From: an uncultured Gemmatimonadales bacterium
GTDB taxonomy: Bacteria; Gemmatimonadota; Gemmatimonadetes; Gemmatimonadales; Gemmatimonadaceae
NCBI GenBank assembly: GCA_963701965.1
Contig: OY969695.1
Coordinates: 3,808,001-3,872,000 of the forward strand
DNA: 64,000 bases
Direction: 5' to 3'
Both the position numbers and the translations under genes were made by a program. This document shows positions 47,787-56,993 of this stretch, piece by piece; position 1 is the stretch's first letter, and each line of letters opens with the position of its first letter. A model generated the notes under the pieces. The model was not told where the DNA came from, ran no database searches, and worked only from the letters and a program-made list of their open reading frames with translations.

Positions 47787-49184
47787 ATGCTCTTCAACAG
47801 TTTCGTCTTCCTCGTCCTGTTCCTGCCGGTCACCTATACGGTGTTCTGGCTGCTCCGGAACGCTGCGCAGCGCTACGTCTGGCTGACGGTCACGGGGTAC
47901 GTGTTCTACGGGTATTGGAACCCGAAGTTCTGCCTCCTGATGGCGTTCTCCACGATCGTCAGCTACGCGGCCGGGCGCGGGTTCCTCGAGTGGCCGGACG
48001 ACCCGCGCCGTCGCAAGCTCTGTTTGGTGGTCCCGATCACGGTCGACCTCCTGCTGTTGGGATTCTTCAAGTACGCCAACTTCGCCCTCCGGTCGATCGG
48101 CGACCTCTCGGCCTTCGCGGGGCACCCGATCCCGGTGGCGCACTTCGACATCGTACTCCCCATCGGGATCTCGTTCTACACGTTCCACACGATCAGCTAC
48201 ATCGTCGACAGCTACCGGGGCGTGATCCGGCCGACGCGGAATTTCTTCGAGTTCGCCGCGTATGTCTCGCTGTTCTCCCAGTTGATCGCCGGGCCGATCG
48301 TCCGCTTCCGCCAGATCGAGACTGATCTCGAGGCGCTCGGACAGGCCGACCGCCACCGCTGGCTGGCCCGCGGCGTCCGGTTTTTCATCATCGGGTTGGT
48401 CCAGAAGGTGTTGGTCGCCGACACCCTGGCGGCGATCGTCGATCCCGCGTTGGCGCACTACGCCCAGCTGTCGACCGCCGACGCCTGGGTCGCCGTCCTC
48501 GGCTACACGTTCCAGCTCTACTTCGACTTCGATGGCTACAGCACGATGGCGGTGGGCCTCGGGTACCTCTTTGGCCTCCGGATCCCGCAGAACTTCAATT
48601 CACCGTACAAGTCCCTGGACCCGTCCGATTTCTGGCAACGCTGGCACATCTCGCTGTCGACGTGCCTCAGGGACTACGTCTACATCCCGTTCGGTGGCAA
48701 TCGCCAGGGCACGCTCAAGACGTATCGCAACCTGATGCTCACGATGCTGATCGGCGGCTTGTGGCACGGCGCGAACTGGACCTTCGTGGTCTGGGGCGCC
48801 TACCACGGCATTCTGCTGGGTGCCCATCGCGTGACCGCGCGGCGTTGGGATGCCGCGCCGGCGCTCGCGCGCCGGACCAGCATGTTCTTCTTCGTGGTCA
48901 TCGGCTGGGTGTTCTTCCGGTCCACGGACTTTCACATGGCCGCCGTGCTGCTCGGTCGGATGTTCGCCTACACGCCCGGATCGTCCGGCGTCGTGACGCC
49001 GGGCGTCGTGGCGTTGCTGCTGGGCGCCGCCCTCTGGAGCATGGTGGGGCCCAACGCGTTCGATATCGACGCGCGGTGGGTGCCGCGGCGCCGGCACGCG
49101 TTCGCGCTGGCCGCGGCGTTCGGCGCGTGCCTGGCGATCATCGCCGGCACGGGGTCGTCGCCCTTTCTGTATTTCCAGTTCTAG
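47787..49184 (+). CDS. MBOAT O-acyltransferase (AlgI/DltB-like)
   Basis: MLFNS..F, LPIGISFYTF, YFDF.GYS, NFN.PY, FWQRWHISLS, GLWHGANWTF, FLYFQF. Confidence 0.92.
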   Translation: MLFNSFVFLVLFLPVTYTVFWLLRNAAQRYVWLTVTGYVFYGYWNPKFCLLMAFSTIVSYAAGRGFLEWPDDPRRRKLCLVVPITVDLLLLGFFKYANFALRSIGDLSAFAGHPIPVAHFDIVLPIGISFYTFHTISYIVDSYRGVIRPTRNFFEFAAYVSLFSQLIAGPIVRFRQIETDLEALGQADRHRWLARGVRFFIIGLVQKVLVADTLAAIVDPALAHYAQLSTADAWVAVLGYTFQLYFDFDGYSTMAVGLGYLFGLRIPQNFNSPYKSLDPSDFWQRWHISLSTCLRDYVYIPFGGNRQGTLKTYRNLMLTMLIGGLWHGANWTFVVWGAYHGILLGAHRVTARRWDAAPALARRTSMFFFVVIGWVFFRSTDFHMAAVLLGRMFAYTPGSSGVVTPGVVALLLGAALWSMVGPNAFDIDARWVPRRRHAFALAAAFGACLAIIAGTGSSPFLYFQF

Positions 49185-49231
49185 CAGGGTGCTGAAGAAC
49201 GCCCCCCTGCGAGAACCGGGTCGGTTGAACT

Positions 49232-49252
49232 GAGCTCCGCTGTGCGGAGCTC
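49232..49252. terminator. GC hairpin between convergent genes
   Basis: GAGCTCCGC-tgt-GCGGAGCTC, perfect 9-bp stem; no clear U-tract. Confidence 0.45.
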
Positions 49253-49926
49253 TAAGCGCCATTTCTCGCGACGGTCACGTACTGCGCGCCGAGTGGACAC
49301 CAGCACAGGGCCGGCTCGAGCGGGCGCAACCACTCCAGCAGCCGCGGGAAGAACACGATGTAGTCGCGCCGGACCACGCGGAGTCCGGCGTCGGTGAGCC
49401 ACTGGCTGGTGTCGCGCGTCGGCACCAGCACCACGCCATCATCGAACGGACACCGGGATACGGCCCAACGCGTCAACGGGTTGATGGGATTGTGCTCGAA
49501 TACGACCAGAGTGCCGCCCGAGGCCAAGCGCGCGCTGACATCGCGAATGGCGCCCGCCCGCTCGGTCGGGTCAATGTGGTGCAGCACGTTGGCCAGCACC
49601 GCGACGTCGTAATTGCGACCCAGGTCCTGGGGATCGCTGGTGAAGGTGCCCCGGCCGGCGACCCCGGGATCGATGCGGCGCACGCTGTCCGGCGACGGAT
49701 CGAATCCGTCGATGCGCATACCGGAGAGGCGGGAGGCGATCTGCCGCGCCAGCGCCCCGACGCCGCAACCGTAGTCCAACAGGGCGCCGCCGGGCGGCGG
49801 CGCCACGACGCGCGCCAGATACGCGGCCTTGTACGCGGCGAAATAGTCGGAGGTCTCTCCCGTGATCCGGACGTTCTCGTCGACCAGTTTCTGATAGTCT
49901 CTCGCGAACGCATCGAATTCGGACAA
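49252..49926 (-). CDS. Class I SAM-dependent methyltransferase
   Basis: EFD.FA..Y, LLDYGCG.G, VLHHI, FEHNP.NPLTR, GAQY. GGAGG precedes the TTG at 49926. Confidence 0.85.
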   Translation of the reverse strand: MSEFDAFARDYQKLVDENVRITGETSDYFAAYKAAYLARVVAPPPGGALLDYGCGVGALARQIASRLSGMRIDGFDPSPDSVRRIDPGVAGRGTFTSDPQDLGRNYDVAVLANVLHHIDPTERAGAIRDVSARLASGGTLVVFEHNPINPLTRWAVSRCPFDDGVVLVPTRDTSQWLTDAGLRVVRRDYIVFFPRLLEWLRPLEPALCWCPLGAQYVTVARNGA

Positions 49927-49943
49927 GCCACCTCCCGCGCAGA

Positions 49944-51116
49944 TCAGTACTTCGGCACCTCCGGGTCGACGTCGTCGCTCCACCGCGTGATGCCGCCGGT
50001 GAGATTCCACACGTTGCGAAATCCGGCGGCGACGAGCGCCTGGGCGGCTTTGGCACTCCGGCCGCCGACCTTGCACTGCACGACGATCTCGCGCGAGGGG
50101 TCGAGGTGCGACACGGCCCCCGGGAACGTGCTCAGTGGCAAGAGTCGCGCCCCCTCGATCCGCGCGATGTCCCACTCGTAGGACTCGCGCACATCGATCA
50201 GATCGAAATCGTCGCCCCGTGCCAACTTGTCAGCCAAGGCACGCGGCGTGATCTCTCGCACGCCGACGGGTTCCGGTGCTGGCGCGCCCGCACCGCAGAA
50301 TGCGTCGTAGTCGATCAATTCCCGAATCTCGTGTGTCCCACAAGCAGGACAGGTGGGGTCGCGCCGGATCTTCACTGTGCGGAACCCGGCCCTCAGGGCG
50401 TCGATCAGGAGCAACCGGCCAATGAGCGGTTCGCCGATCCCGAGAATGAGTTTAATCGTTTCGTTCGCCTGAATCGTGCCCACCAGACCTGGCAATACCC
50501 CGAGTACGCCGCCCTCGGCGCAACTCGGCACCAAGCCTGGCGGAGGGGGCTCACGGAACAAACACCGATAACAGGGGCCGTCCAATGTGGCAAGCACCAA
50601 TGCTTGGCCCTCGAACCGGAAAATACTGCCGTAGACGTTCGGCTTCCCCGTGAGGACGCACGCATCATTCACCAAATACCGGGTGGCGAAATTATCCGTG
50701 CCATCGACGACAATGTCGAAGTTTCTGAAAATGTCGAGTGCGTTGGCGGATGTGAGTTTGGTCTCGAATGTCTCGACCGCCACGTGGGGATTGATCTCGC
50801 GCACGCGGTCGGCCGCTGACGCCAGCTTCGACCGCCCTACGTCGGATGTGCCGTGGAGGATCTGACGCTGCAGGTTCGTGACATCGACGACGTCGAAATC
50901 GACAATGCCCAAATGGCCGATCCCCGCGGCGCCGAGGTACAACGCGAGCGGCGAGCCGAGGCCGCCGGCGCCGACGAGCAGCACGCGCGCCGCTTTGAGC
51001 CGCCGCTGGCCGTCGACTCCCACATCGGGGAGAATCAAATGCCGGCTGTAGCGGAGCACCTCGTCACGGGTCAGCTCCGGCAGCTCGCGATCGACCAATG
51101 TCATCGTCACTGTCAT
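49944..51116 (-). CDS. moeB: MoeB/MoeZ-type sulfur-carrier adenylyltransferase with C-terminal rhodanese
   Basis: RYSRHL, GAGGLGSP, DFD.VD..NLQRQ, CYRC, CPAC, then LIDVRE..E and C..G.RS rhodanese motif. Confidence 0.92.
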   Translation of the reverse strand: MTVTMTLVDRELPELTRDEVLRYSRHLILPDVGVDGQRRLKAARVLLVGAGGLGSPLALYLGAAGIGHLGIVDFDVVDVTNLQRQILHGTSDVGRSKLASAADRVREINPHVAVETFETKLTSANALDIFRNFDIVVDGTDNFATRYLVNDACVLTGKPNVYGSIFRFEGQALVLATLDGPCYRCLFREPPPPGLVPSCAEGGVLGVLPGLVGTIQANETIKLILGIGEPLIGRLLLIDALRAGFRTVKIRRDPTCPACGTHEIRELIDYDAFCGAGAPAPEPVGVREITPRALADKLARGDDFDLIDVRESYEWDIARIEGARLLPLSTFPGAVSHLDPSREIVVQCKVGGRSAKAAQALVAAGFRNVWNLTGGITRWSDDVDPEVPKY

Positions 51117-51388
51117 CCTCCCGCGACTGCGGGGACGATCGTCACCTCGTCTCCATCGCGGATCGCGGCCCCAAAGCCGCCCGCGAAGCGGACGTCTTCA
51201 TCATTCAGATAGTACGTGACGAAAGGATAGGGGTTCCCCGCGTCATCGGTCAGGCGGGGCTTGAGCGCCGGAAAGCGCCGCGACACGTCGGCGACCGCGT
51301 CGCCGAGCGTGGGGCCGCTCGCTTCCAGGGCGCGCTGGCCGTCGGCCAGCTTGGACAACACATTGGGCAGATGGATCGTGATCGACAT
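51113..51388 (-). CDS. MoaD/ThiS/CysO-family ubiquitin-like sulfur carrier protein (91 aa)
   Basis: I.LP..L, TL......L...FP.L..RL, Y.N.EDVRF, IVPAVAGG C-terminal di-Gly. Confidence 0.92.
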   Translation of the reverse strand: MSITIHLPNVLSKLADGQRALEASGPTLGDAVADVSRRFPALKPRLTDDAGNPYPFVTYYLNDEDVRFAGGFGAAIRDGDEVTIVPAVAGG

Positions 51389-51404
51389 GGGATATTCCTT
51401 ACGA

Positions 51405-52679
51405 TTAAGATAATTCGACGAGTGCCGAAACTTCGCGCAGTTTCGGCGCGATGACCGGCGCGTCGGGCAGGGCGCCCGCGAGCGCTTCCACGGTCTTGAG
51501 TCCGTTGCCGGTGATGCAGAGGACGACTTCGTCGTCATTGGCGAAGTGTCCGGTCTGGGCCAGCTGAAGGGCCGCCGCGACGGTGGCGCCGCCCGCCGTC
51601 TCGGTGAAGATGCCGGTCGTCTCGGCCAAGAGACGAATGCCCCGCACAATGGCCGCATCGTCGACGGCCGCGCCCCACCCACCGGTGTCGCGCAGCGCCC
51701 GCACGGCGGAGGAGCCGTCGGCGGGATTGCCGATGGCAATCGATCGGGCGATCGTCCGCGGCACTTCGGGCACCAGGACATCGCCTCCGGACTCCAAAAG
51801 GCGCACGATCGGCGCGCACCCGCTCGCCTGCGCGCCGTAGAGGCGGGGCGCCGCGCCGCTGACCAGCCCGGCCTCCGAGAACTCGCGGAATCCCTTGCGC
51901 AGTTTCGTGACCAGCGAGCCACCGGCCATGGGCGCGACGACGGCCGTCGGGGTGCGCCAGCCGAGTTGCTCGATGATCTCGAACGCCATGGTCTTCGACC
52001 CCTCGCCGTAGTATCCGCGCAGATTGACGTTGACGACGCCCCAACCGAAGCGGTCGGCGACCTGCGCGCACAACCGGTTGACATCGTCGTAGGTGCCGCG
52101 AACGCGGACCAGCTTTGGTCCGTAGACCAGTGTGCCGACGATCTTGCCGAGCTCGAGATCGTCGGGCACGAAGATCCACGCCGTGAGCCCGGCGCGCGCC
52201 GCGTGCGCGGCGACGGCGTTGGCCAGATTGCCGGTCGATGCGCACCCAATGGTGTCGAGCCCGAACGCCGCCGCGGCGTTGATGGCCGAGGCGACCACGC
52301 GATCCTTGAACGAGAGCGTCGGATGCGAGACCGCATCGTTCTTGACCCATAGGCGCTCGACACCGAGCGCCCGCGCCAGCGCGGGGGCCTCCACGAGCGG
52401 GGTGAATCCGGAGTCGAGCGATCGGGTGGGCTGGCCGGTGAACGGCAGCCACTCCCGATAGCGCCACAGCGAGGGTTCGCGCGCTCCGATGATCGCCCGG
52501 TCGGGAATGATGCGCGGTCCGTCGAGATCGTACGCGGGCTCGAGCGGACCCAGGCAGTGTTCGCAGATCGCAATGGGTGCCGGATCGAACACGGCGCGGC
52601 AGTGCACGCAGATCTGGGGGAGCGCCTTCAGCGAGGCCGCGGCGGCCTCGGGAAAGGGGAATGTGACTGATGCGGTCAT
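51405..52679 (-). CDS. Threonine synthase-like PLP enzyme (possible O-phosphohomoserine sulfhydrylase)
   Basis: N-terminal CxxC..CxxC, G.TPL, PTLSFKDR (PLP Lys), ASTGNLA, EGSKT, ITGNGLK. Confidence 0.9.
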   Translation of the reverse strand: MTASVTFPFPEAAAASLKALPQICVHCRAVFDPAPIAICEHCLGPLEPAYDLDGPRIIPDRAIIGAREPSLWRYREWLPFTGQPTRSLDSGFTPLVEAPALARALGVERLWVKNDAVSHPTLSFKDRVVASAINAAAAFGLDTIGCASTGNLANAVAAHAARAGLTAWIFVPDDLELGKIVGTLVYGPKLVRVRGTYDDVNRLCAQVADRFGWGVVNVNLRGYYGEGSKTMAFEIIEQLGWRTPTAVVAPMAGGSLVTKLRKGFREFSEAGLVSGAAPRLYGAQASGCAPIVRLLESGGDVLVPEVPRTIARSIAIGNPADGSSAVRALRDTGGWGAAVDDAAIVRGIRLLAETTGIFTETAGGATVAAALQLAQTGHFANDDEVVLCITGNGLKTVEALAGALPDAPVIAPKLREVSALVELS

Positions 52680-52745
52680 ACTGGAGTTCTCCCGCCCCGC
52701 TGACCGAAGCTTTTCGGCGCCGGGAAAAGAAAACGTCCCCGGCGC

Positions 52746-52775
52746 AAAAAAGGCCGCAGGACGCGGGGGCTTTTT
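52746..52775 (-). terminator. Putative riboswitch expression platform: hairpin + U-tract
   Basis: Minus strand AAAAAG-CCC-CCGCG-tcc-TGCGG-C-CTTTTTT overlaps the aptamer 3' end; a second 8-bp stem (GCGCCGGG/CCCGGCGC) spans 52717-52745. Confidence 0.55.
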
Positions 52776-52821
52776 AGCGACTTGTTTAACGTGGCTGCAA
52801 TACGCCGTAACTCACCACGTG
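52770..52821 (-). ncRNA. SAM-II (SAM_alpha) riboswitch
   Basis: Minus strand ACGTGG-TGAGTTA-CGGC-GTATTGCAG-CCACGT-TAAACAA-GTCG-CTAAAAAG. P1 is ACGTGG/CCACGT; the pseudoknot pairs CGGC/GTCG; the TTGCAGCCACGTTAAACAAGTCGCTAAA consensus is present. Confidence 0.88.
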
Positions 52822-52886
52822 CGGACAATTGTGCAGCTAGTGTAATCACACCGGAGCACCGCGCGCAAGGGGTTAGCTTTCTCGAT

Positions 52887-53840
52887 ATGCCGCGCATCGA
52901 TGCATCGATCGGACGGACGCCCATGGTGCGACTCGAGCGTGTGGTCGAGCCGGGCATGGGCGATGTGTGGGTCAAGCTCGAGGGCATGAACCCGGGCGGC
53001 TCGATCAAGGACCGCACAGCGCTGGGCATGGTGCGCGACGCCGAAGCGCGCGGCCTGCTGGAGCCGGGCGGCCGCATCGTCGAGCCGACGTCCGGCAACA
53101 CCGGCATTGGGCTGGCGCAGGTGGCATCGGCGCGCGGCTATGCGCTCACGCTCTGTATCCCATCCTCCATGAGCGAGGAGCGGCTGCGCACGCTGCAGGC
53201 CTACGGTGCCGAGATCGTCCTCACCGACCCCGAGCGACGCATGCTCGCGGCCATCGAAGAGGCGGAGAAGATCCGGGACATCACGGGCGCGTGGATGCCG
53301 AACCAGTTCGCGAATCCGGCGAATCCGCGCATCCACTATGAGACCACGGGCCCCGAGATCTGGGACCAAATGGACACCGCCGTCAATGCGTTCGTCTACG
53401 GATCGGGGACCGGGGGCACGATCAGCGGGGTCGGGCGCTTTCTCAAGGAGCGCCGCCCCGGTGCCATCGTCATCGCGGTGGAGCCGGCGCGCTCGCCGGT
53501 GCTGTCGGGCGGCCAGCGGGGCAAGCACCAATTCCAGGGGATGGGGCCGGGATTCGTGCCGCCCAACTTCGACCGTCGGGTGGTGGATCGCGTCATCCGC
53601 GTGTGGGAGGAGGACGCCTTTCCGCTGGCCCGCCGCCTGGCCCGCGAAGAGGGGGTGTTCGTCGGGATGTCCAGCGGCGCCATCATCTGGGCCGCCATTC
53701 AGGTGGCGCGCGAGCTCGGTCCGCGCGCCCGCGTCGCCTGCATCGCGCCGGACTCGGGCGCGCGCTACTTGACGACGGCGCTCTTCGAGCCGGTCACGAC
53801 ACTTTCCGAGTCTTTTTGCGTAGGAAGTCCATCAGAATGA
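52887..53840 (+). CDS. cysK: Cysteine synthase (CysK/CysM family)
   Basis: IG.TPMV.L, KLE..NPGGSIKDR, EPTSGNTGIG, QF.NPANP, G.GTGGT, QG.G.GF, G.SSGA, PDSG.RY. Confidence 0.92.
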   Translation: MPRIDASIGRTPMVRLERVVEPGMGDVWVKLEGMNPGGSIKDRTALGMVRDAEARGLLEPGGRIVEPTSGNTGIGLAQVASARGYALTLCIPSSMSEERLRTLQAYGAEIVLTDPERRMLAAIEEAEKIRDITGAWMPNQFANPANPRIHYETTGPEIWDQMDTAVNAFVYGSGTGGTISGVGRFLKERRPGAIVIAVEPARSPVLSGGQRGKHQFQGMGPGFVPPNFDRRVVDRVIRVWEEDAFPLARRLAREEGVFVGMSSGAIIWAAIQVARELGPRARVACIAPDSGARYLTTALFEPVTTLSESFCVGSPSE

Positions 53841-55074
53841 ATTGGCCCAGGGTCATCGTGTTCGTGAAGTAGGCTTTGCCGCGCGAGATCTCGGACACGC
53901 GCTTCACGAAATCGACCAATGCCCGGTCGCGGGCCAACATGAACGTGTTGATCATCACGCCGGCTTTCCGGCACAGCGCCACTTCCTTGAGCGTGTGGGC
54001 GATGACCGTCGCGTCGAGCCCCATCGAATTCTTGTAGATCTGCCCATTGGGCATCGTGAGCGCGCTGGGCTTGCCGTCGGTGATCATGACGATCTGCCGC
54101 ATGTCCTTCTTCTGCGACAAGAGCAGCCGCCGCGCGAGCTTGAACCCCTCGGCGGTGTTCGTGTGATAGGGTCCGACCTGGGCGTGCGCCAGGCGCGCCA
54201 GCGGGATCTCCTCGGCCGAGTCATGAAACAGAATGACCCGGATGGTATCGCCGGGGAACTGCGTCCGAATGAGATGCGTCAGCGCCAACGCGACTTTCTT
54301 GGCCGGCGTGAACCGGTCTTCGCCGTAGAGGATCATCGAGTGCGATGTGTCGAGCATCAACACGGTCGCGCACGACGAGCGATACTCGGCCTGGCGCACC
54401 ATGAGATCGCCGTAGTCCAGGTCCATGGGGACCTCGATCCGGCCGGTGCGGGCCAGCGAGCGCTTCAACGTTTCGTTGACGTCAATGTTGAGCACGTCGC
54501 CGAACTCATACGGCTTGCTGAAGCCGTCGGCTTCGATGCCCGTCGCCAGGTACGGCGTCTCGTGACTTCCGAAACTCGACTTGCCGAGCGATCCCAGAAT
54601 GCCGCGCAACGTCTTGTAGCCCAGGAAGTCGATGCCCTTCTCGGTCAGATTGAACTGCACGTCCTTGGACGCGGCGTGGGCCAAGCCACCCTTGCCGGTC
54701 ACGGGCTGCTGCGTCCCCGGCATCTGCGGCGGCGCGTCGATATTCAGATAGCCCTCGGCCGCCATCCGCTGCACAAGATCATCCAGCAGCTGGGCCAGCT
54801 TGGCCTGGGACTCCTCGTCGCCCTCGCCCCGCAGGGCCTCCAGCATCTCCGGCGTGAACTGGCCGCTCTCCACGAGCGCATTCAGGATCGCTTCCTTGAG
54901 CGCGTCCAGCGAGCGGTCCGCCTCGTCGCCGAAGTCGCCCCAGTAGGGGCTCGACTGGCGGCCGCCGGCGAAACCGGACTGCAGGAGGAAATCGGCCAAC
55001 TTGTCGAGCAACGCCTGCAGGTCAATGGCGTCGGCGGATTCGGGACTGAATTTCTGGTACGTGTGAAAGCGCAT
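53794..55074 (-). CDS. VWA domain protein
   Basis: MIDAS DTSHS, TN...G..LA, ITDGKP. Confidence 0.88.
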   Translation of the reverse strand: MRFHTYQKFSPESADAIDLQALLDKLADFLLQSGFAGGRQSSPYWGDFGDEADRSLDALKEAILNALVESGQFTPEMLEALRGEGDEESQAKLAQLLDDLVQRMAAEGYLNIDAPPQMPGTQQPVTGKGGLAHAASKDVQFNLTEKGIDFLGYKTLRGILGSLGKSSFGSHETPYLATGIEADGFSKPYEFGDVLNIDVNETLKRSLARTGRIEVPMDLDYGDLMVRQAEYRSSCATVLMLDTSHSMILYGEDRFTPAKKVALALTHLIRTQFPGDTIRVILFHDSAEEIPLARLAHAQVGPYHTNTAEGFKLARRLLLSQKKDMRQIVMITDGKPSALTMPNGQIYKNSMGLDATVIAHTLKEVALCRKAGVMINTFMLARDRALVDFVKRVSEISRGKAYFTNTMTLGQFILMDFLRKKTRKVS

Positions 55075-55111
55075 CGTATCTGTCCCCCCAACTCAATATA
55101 ATCATGGCGTC

Positions 55112-56341
55112 ATGGTCTCGACTGCCCGGTCCCTGAATCCGTTTCGCACGCTGATCGCCCATCGCAATTTCCGGATTTTCTGGATCGGGCAGACGCTGTC
55201 GCTCATGGGCACCTGGATGCAGACCATGGCCCAGGGGTGGCTGGCGCTCCAGCTGTCGAACAGCGCCTTCATCGTCGGCCTGGTCAGCGCCATCGGCTCC
55301 CTGCCGATCCTGGTCCTCTCCCTGCCGGCGGGCGTCGTGACCGACCGCGTACGCAAGCTGACGCTGGTCACGATCTGCCAGTCGCTGCTGCTGGTCGAGG
55401 CCACGTTGTTGTGGGCCTTTACGGCGACCAATCGCATTACGATCGCCCTGCTCCTGACCCTCGCCGCCTTCAACGGCATCGCCAGCGCCTTTGAGATCCC
55501 GGCCCGCCAAAGCCTGATGATCGACCTGGTGGGCCGGGACGACCTGCACGACGCCATCGCGCTCAACTCCAGCGGGTTCAATCTCGCCCGCATCATCGGC
55601 CCGGCCCTGGGCGCGCTCGTCTTGGCGGCGTTCGGGATCCAATGGTGCTTTCTCCTGAACGCCGTGAGTTACTTGGCGGTCTTGGCCGGCCTGTTCATGA
55701 TCCGGCTCCCCAAGTGGGTGACGCCGGCGTCGCTCCCGTCGCCGCTCGCCGGCCTGCGCGAGGGCCTGGAGTACATGGTCCACACGCCCGAGATCGCCAA
55801 GCTGATGCAGATCGTCACCGTTTACGCCATCTGCGGCATCCCCTATCTGACTCTCATGCCGGTCGTGGCCCGCGATCTCCTTCGCGCCGGGGCCGGCGGC
55901 TACGGGCTGCTGCTGGCCTGCGTCGGCATTGGTGGCCTGGCGGGCGCGCTGTTTCTGGCGGCGGTGGGGCAGCGATACCGCCGCGGCCGCCTGCTCGAAG
56001 TCTCGAGTTACGGCTACGCGATCCTGTTGATCGCGTTCTCGCTGTCGCGCTCGGAGTGGCTCTCGCGGGCCCTCCTCCTCGGCGTCGGTTTCGCGATGAT
56101 CATGAACGGGGCGCTCGCCAACGGGCTGCTGCAGTCCCTGGTCCCTGATGCCCTCCGCGGCCGCCTCATGTCCGTGTACTCGCTCATCGCCGTAGGCGTC
56201 GCCCAGGTCGTGGGCTCGTTCGTCGCGGGATCCGTGGCCCATGCCGTGGGGGTCGACTGGGCGATCGGCGGCGCGGCTGCCCTGATGCTCGTCTACGCGA
56301 TCTACGCCTTCGGCAAGTCGCCGGAGATGCGCCGGTTGTAG
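55112..56341 (+). CDS. MFS transporter (MFS_3-like)
   Basis: RNFR.FW.GQ..S..GTWMQ, G...DR..K, PARQS, AIALNS..FN.ARI.GP, RGR.MS.Y; 12 TMs. Confidence 0.9.
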   Translation: MVSTARSLNPFRTLIAHRNFRIFWIGQTLSLMGTWMQTMAQGWLALQLSNSAFIVGLVSAIGSLPILVLSLPAGVVTDRVRKLTLVTICQSLLLVEATLLWAFTATNRITIALLLTLAAFNGIASAFEIPARQSLMIDLVGRDDLHDAIALNSSGFNLARIIGPALGALVLAAFGIQWCFLLNAVSYLAVLAGLFMIRLPKWVTPASLPSPLAGLREGLEYMVHTPEIAKLMQIVTVYAICGIPYLTLMPVVARDLLRAGAGGYGLLLACVGIGGLAGALFLAAVGQRYRRGRLLEVSSYGYAILLIAFSLSRSEWLSRALLLGVGFAMIMNGALANGLLQSLVPDALRGRLMSVYSLIAVGVAQVVGSFVAGSVAHAVGVDWAIGGAAALMLVYAIYAFGKSPEMRRL

Positions 56342-56988
56342 ACGGGCGTCAGCCGGTCCGGCGTGAGCGAGGGGAACTGCAAGCGGGCCGCCCGGGCGAT
56401 CATCTGGGCGGCGCCCTCGACGCCGAGCCACTCCGTGTTCAAGCACATGTGGTAGTTCTCGGGGGCCCGCCAGTCGCGATTGTAGAATCGCTTGATCGAC
56501 TGCGCCCGCTGATGATTCACGGTATCGACCCGCCGCTCGGCCTCGACCGTCGTCAGGCCTTCGCGCGCGATGACGCGCCGCACCAGGGCGCCCCGGGGAG
56601 CATAGCAGAACACGTGGATGGCGTCTTCCCGCTCGGCCAGCGTCACTTGGGCGCCCCGCCCGACGACCACTACGGGTCCCTTCGCCACCGAATCCTCGAT
56701 GACGCGGCGCGTCACCGCGATCAGCCGCTCCGATACCGGCAACACGTACTCGCCCGTGACCGACTGCACTTCGGGTGCGCTCATCGCCAGGGCATCGCTC
56801 ACCCGCGCCGTGAGCGAAGGGACGCGTTCCTCCCGGGCCCGGACCTCGTCGACCGGAATCCCCAGACGCTGCGCGACCAGATTGACCAGGTCGTCGTCGA
56901 GCAGCGTCCATCCCAAGAGCGCCGCCGTGCGCGCCGCGACGTCGGAACCGCCCGATCCGAAGAGCCGGGATATCGTGACGATAGGCAT
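56302..56988 (-). CDS. Cytidylate kinase-like family protein
   Basis: IVTISR.FGSGG, VVVGRG, R......Y..DW.....YH...NT. Confidence 0.85.
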   Translation of the reverse strand: MPIVTISRLFGSGGSDVAARTAALLGWTLLDDDLVNLVAQRLGIPVDEVRAREERVPSLTARVSDALAMSAPEVQSVTGEYVLPVSERLIAVTRRVIEDSVAKGPVVVVGRGAQVTLAEREDAIHVFCYAPRGALVRRVIAREGLTTVEAERRVDTVNHQRAQSIKRFYNRDWRAPENYHMCLNTEWLGVEGAAQMIARAARLQFPSLTPDRLTPVYNRRISGDLPKA

Positions 56989-56993
56989 GGTGC

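Noticed and set aside
49181..49200. CTAGCAGGGTGCTGAAGAAC resembling an IS/MITE terminus
   Set aside because: No partner inverted end or transposase found in the window.
49944..51388. moaD/moeB as Moco genes for the Mo-oxidoreductase, or as an antiphage E1/ubiquitin-like system
   Set aside because: No moaE/moaA, E2, JAB or CD-NTase nearby; the SAM riboswitch and PLP enzyme context favour sulfur amino-acid synthesis.
51113..52573. 486-aa ORF as a large ubiquitin-like fusion
   Set aside because: Only the last 91 codons are protein-like and have their own AGGA RBS; the rest shadows the thrC-like gene.
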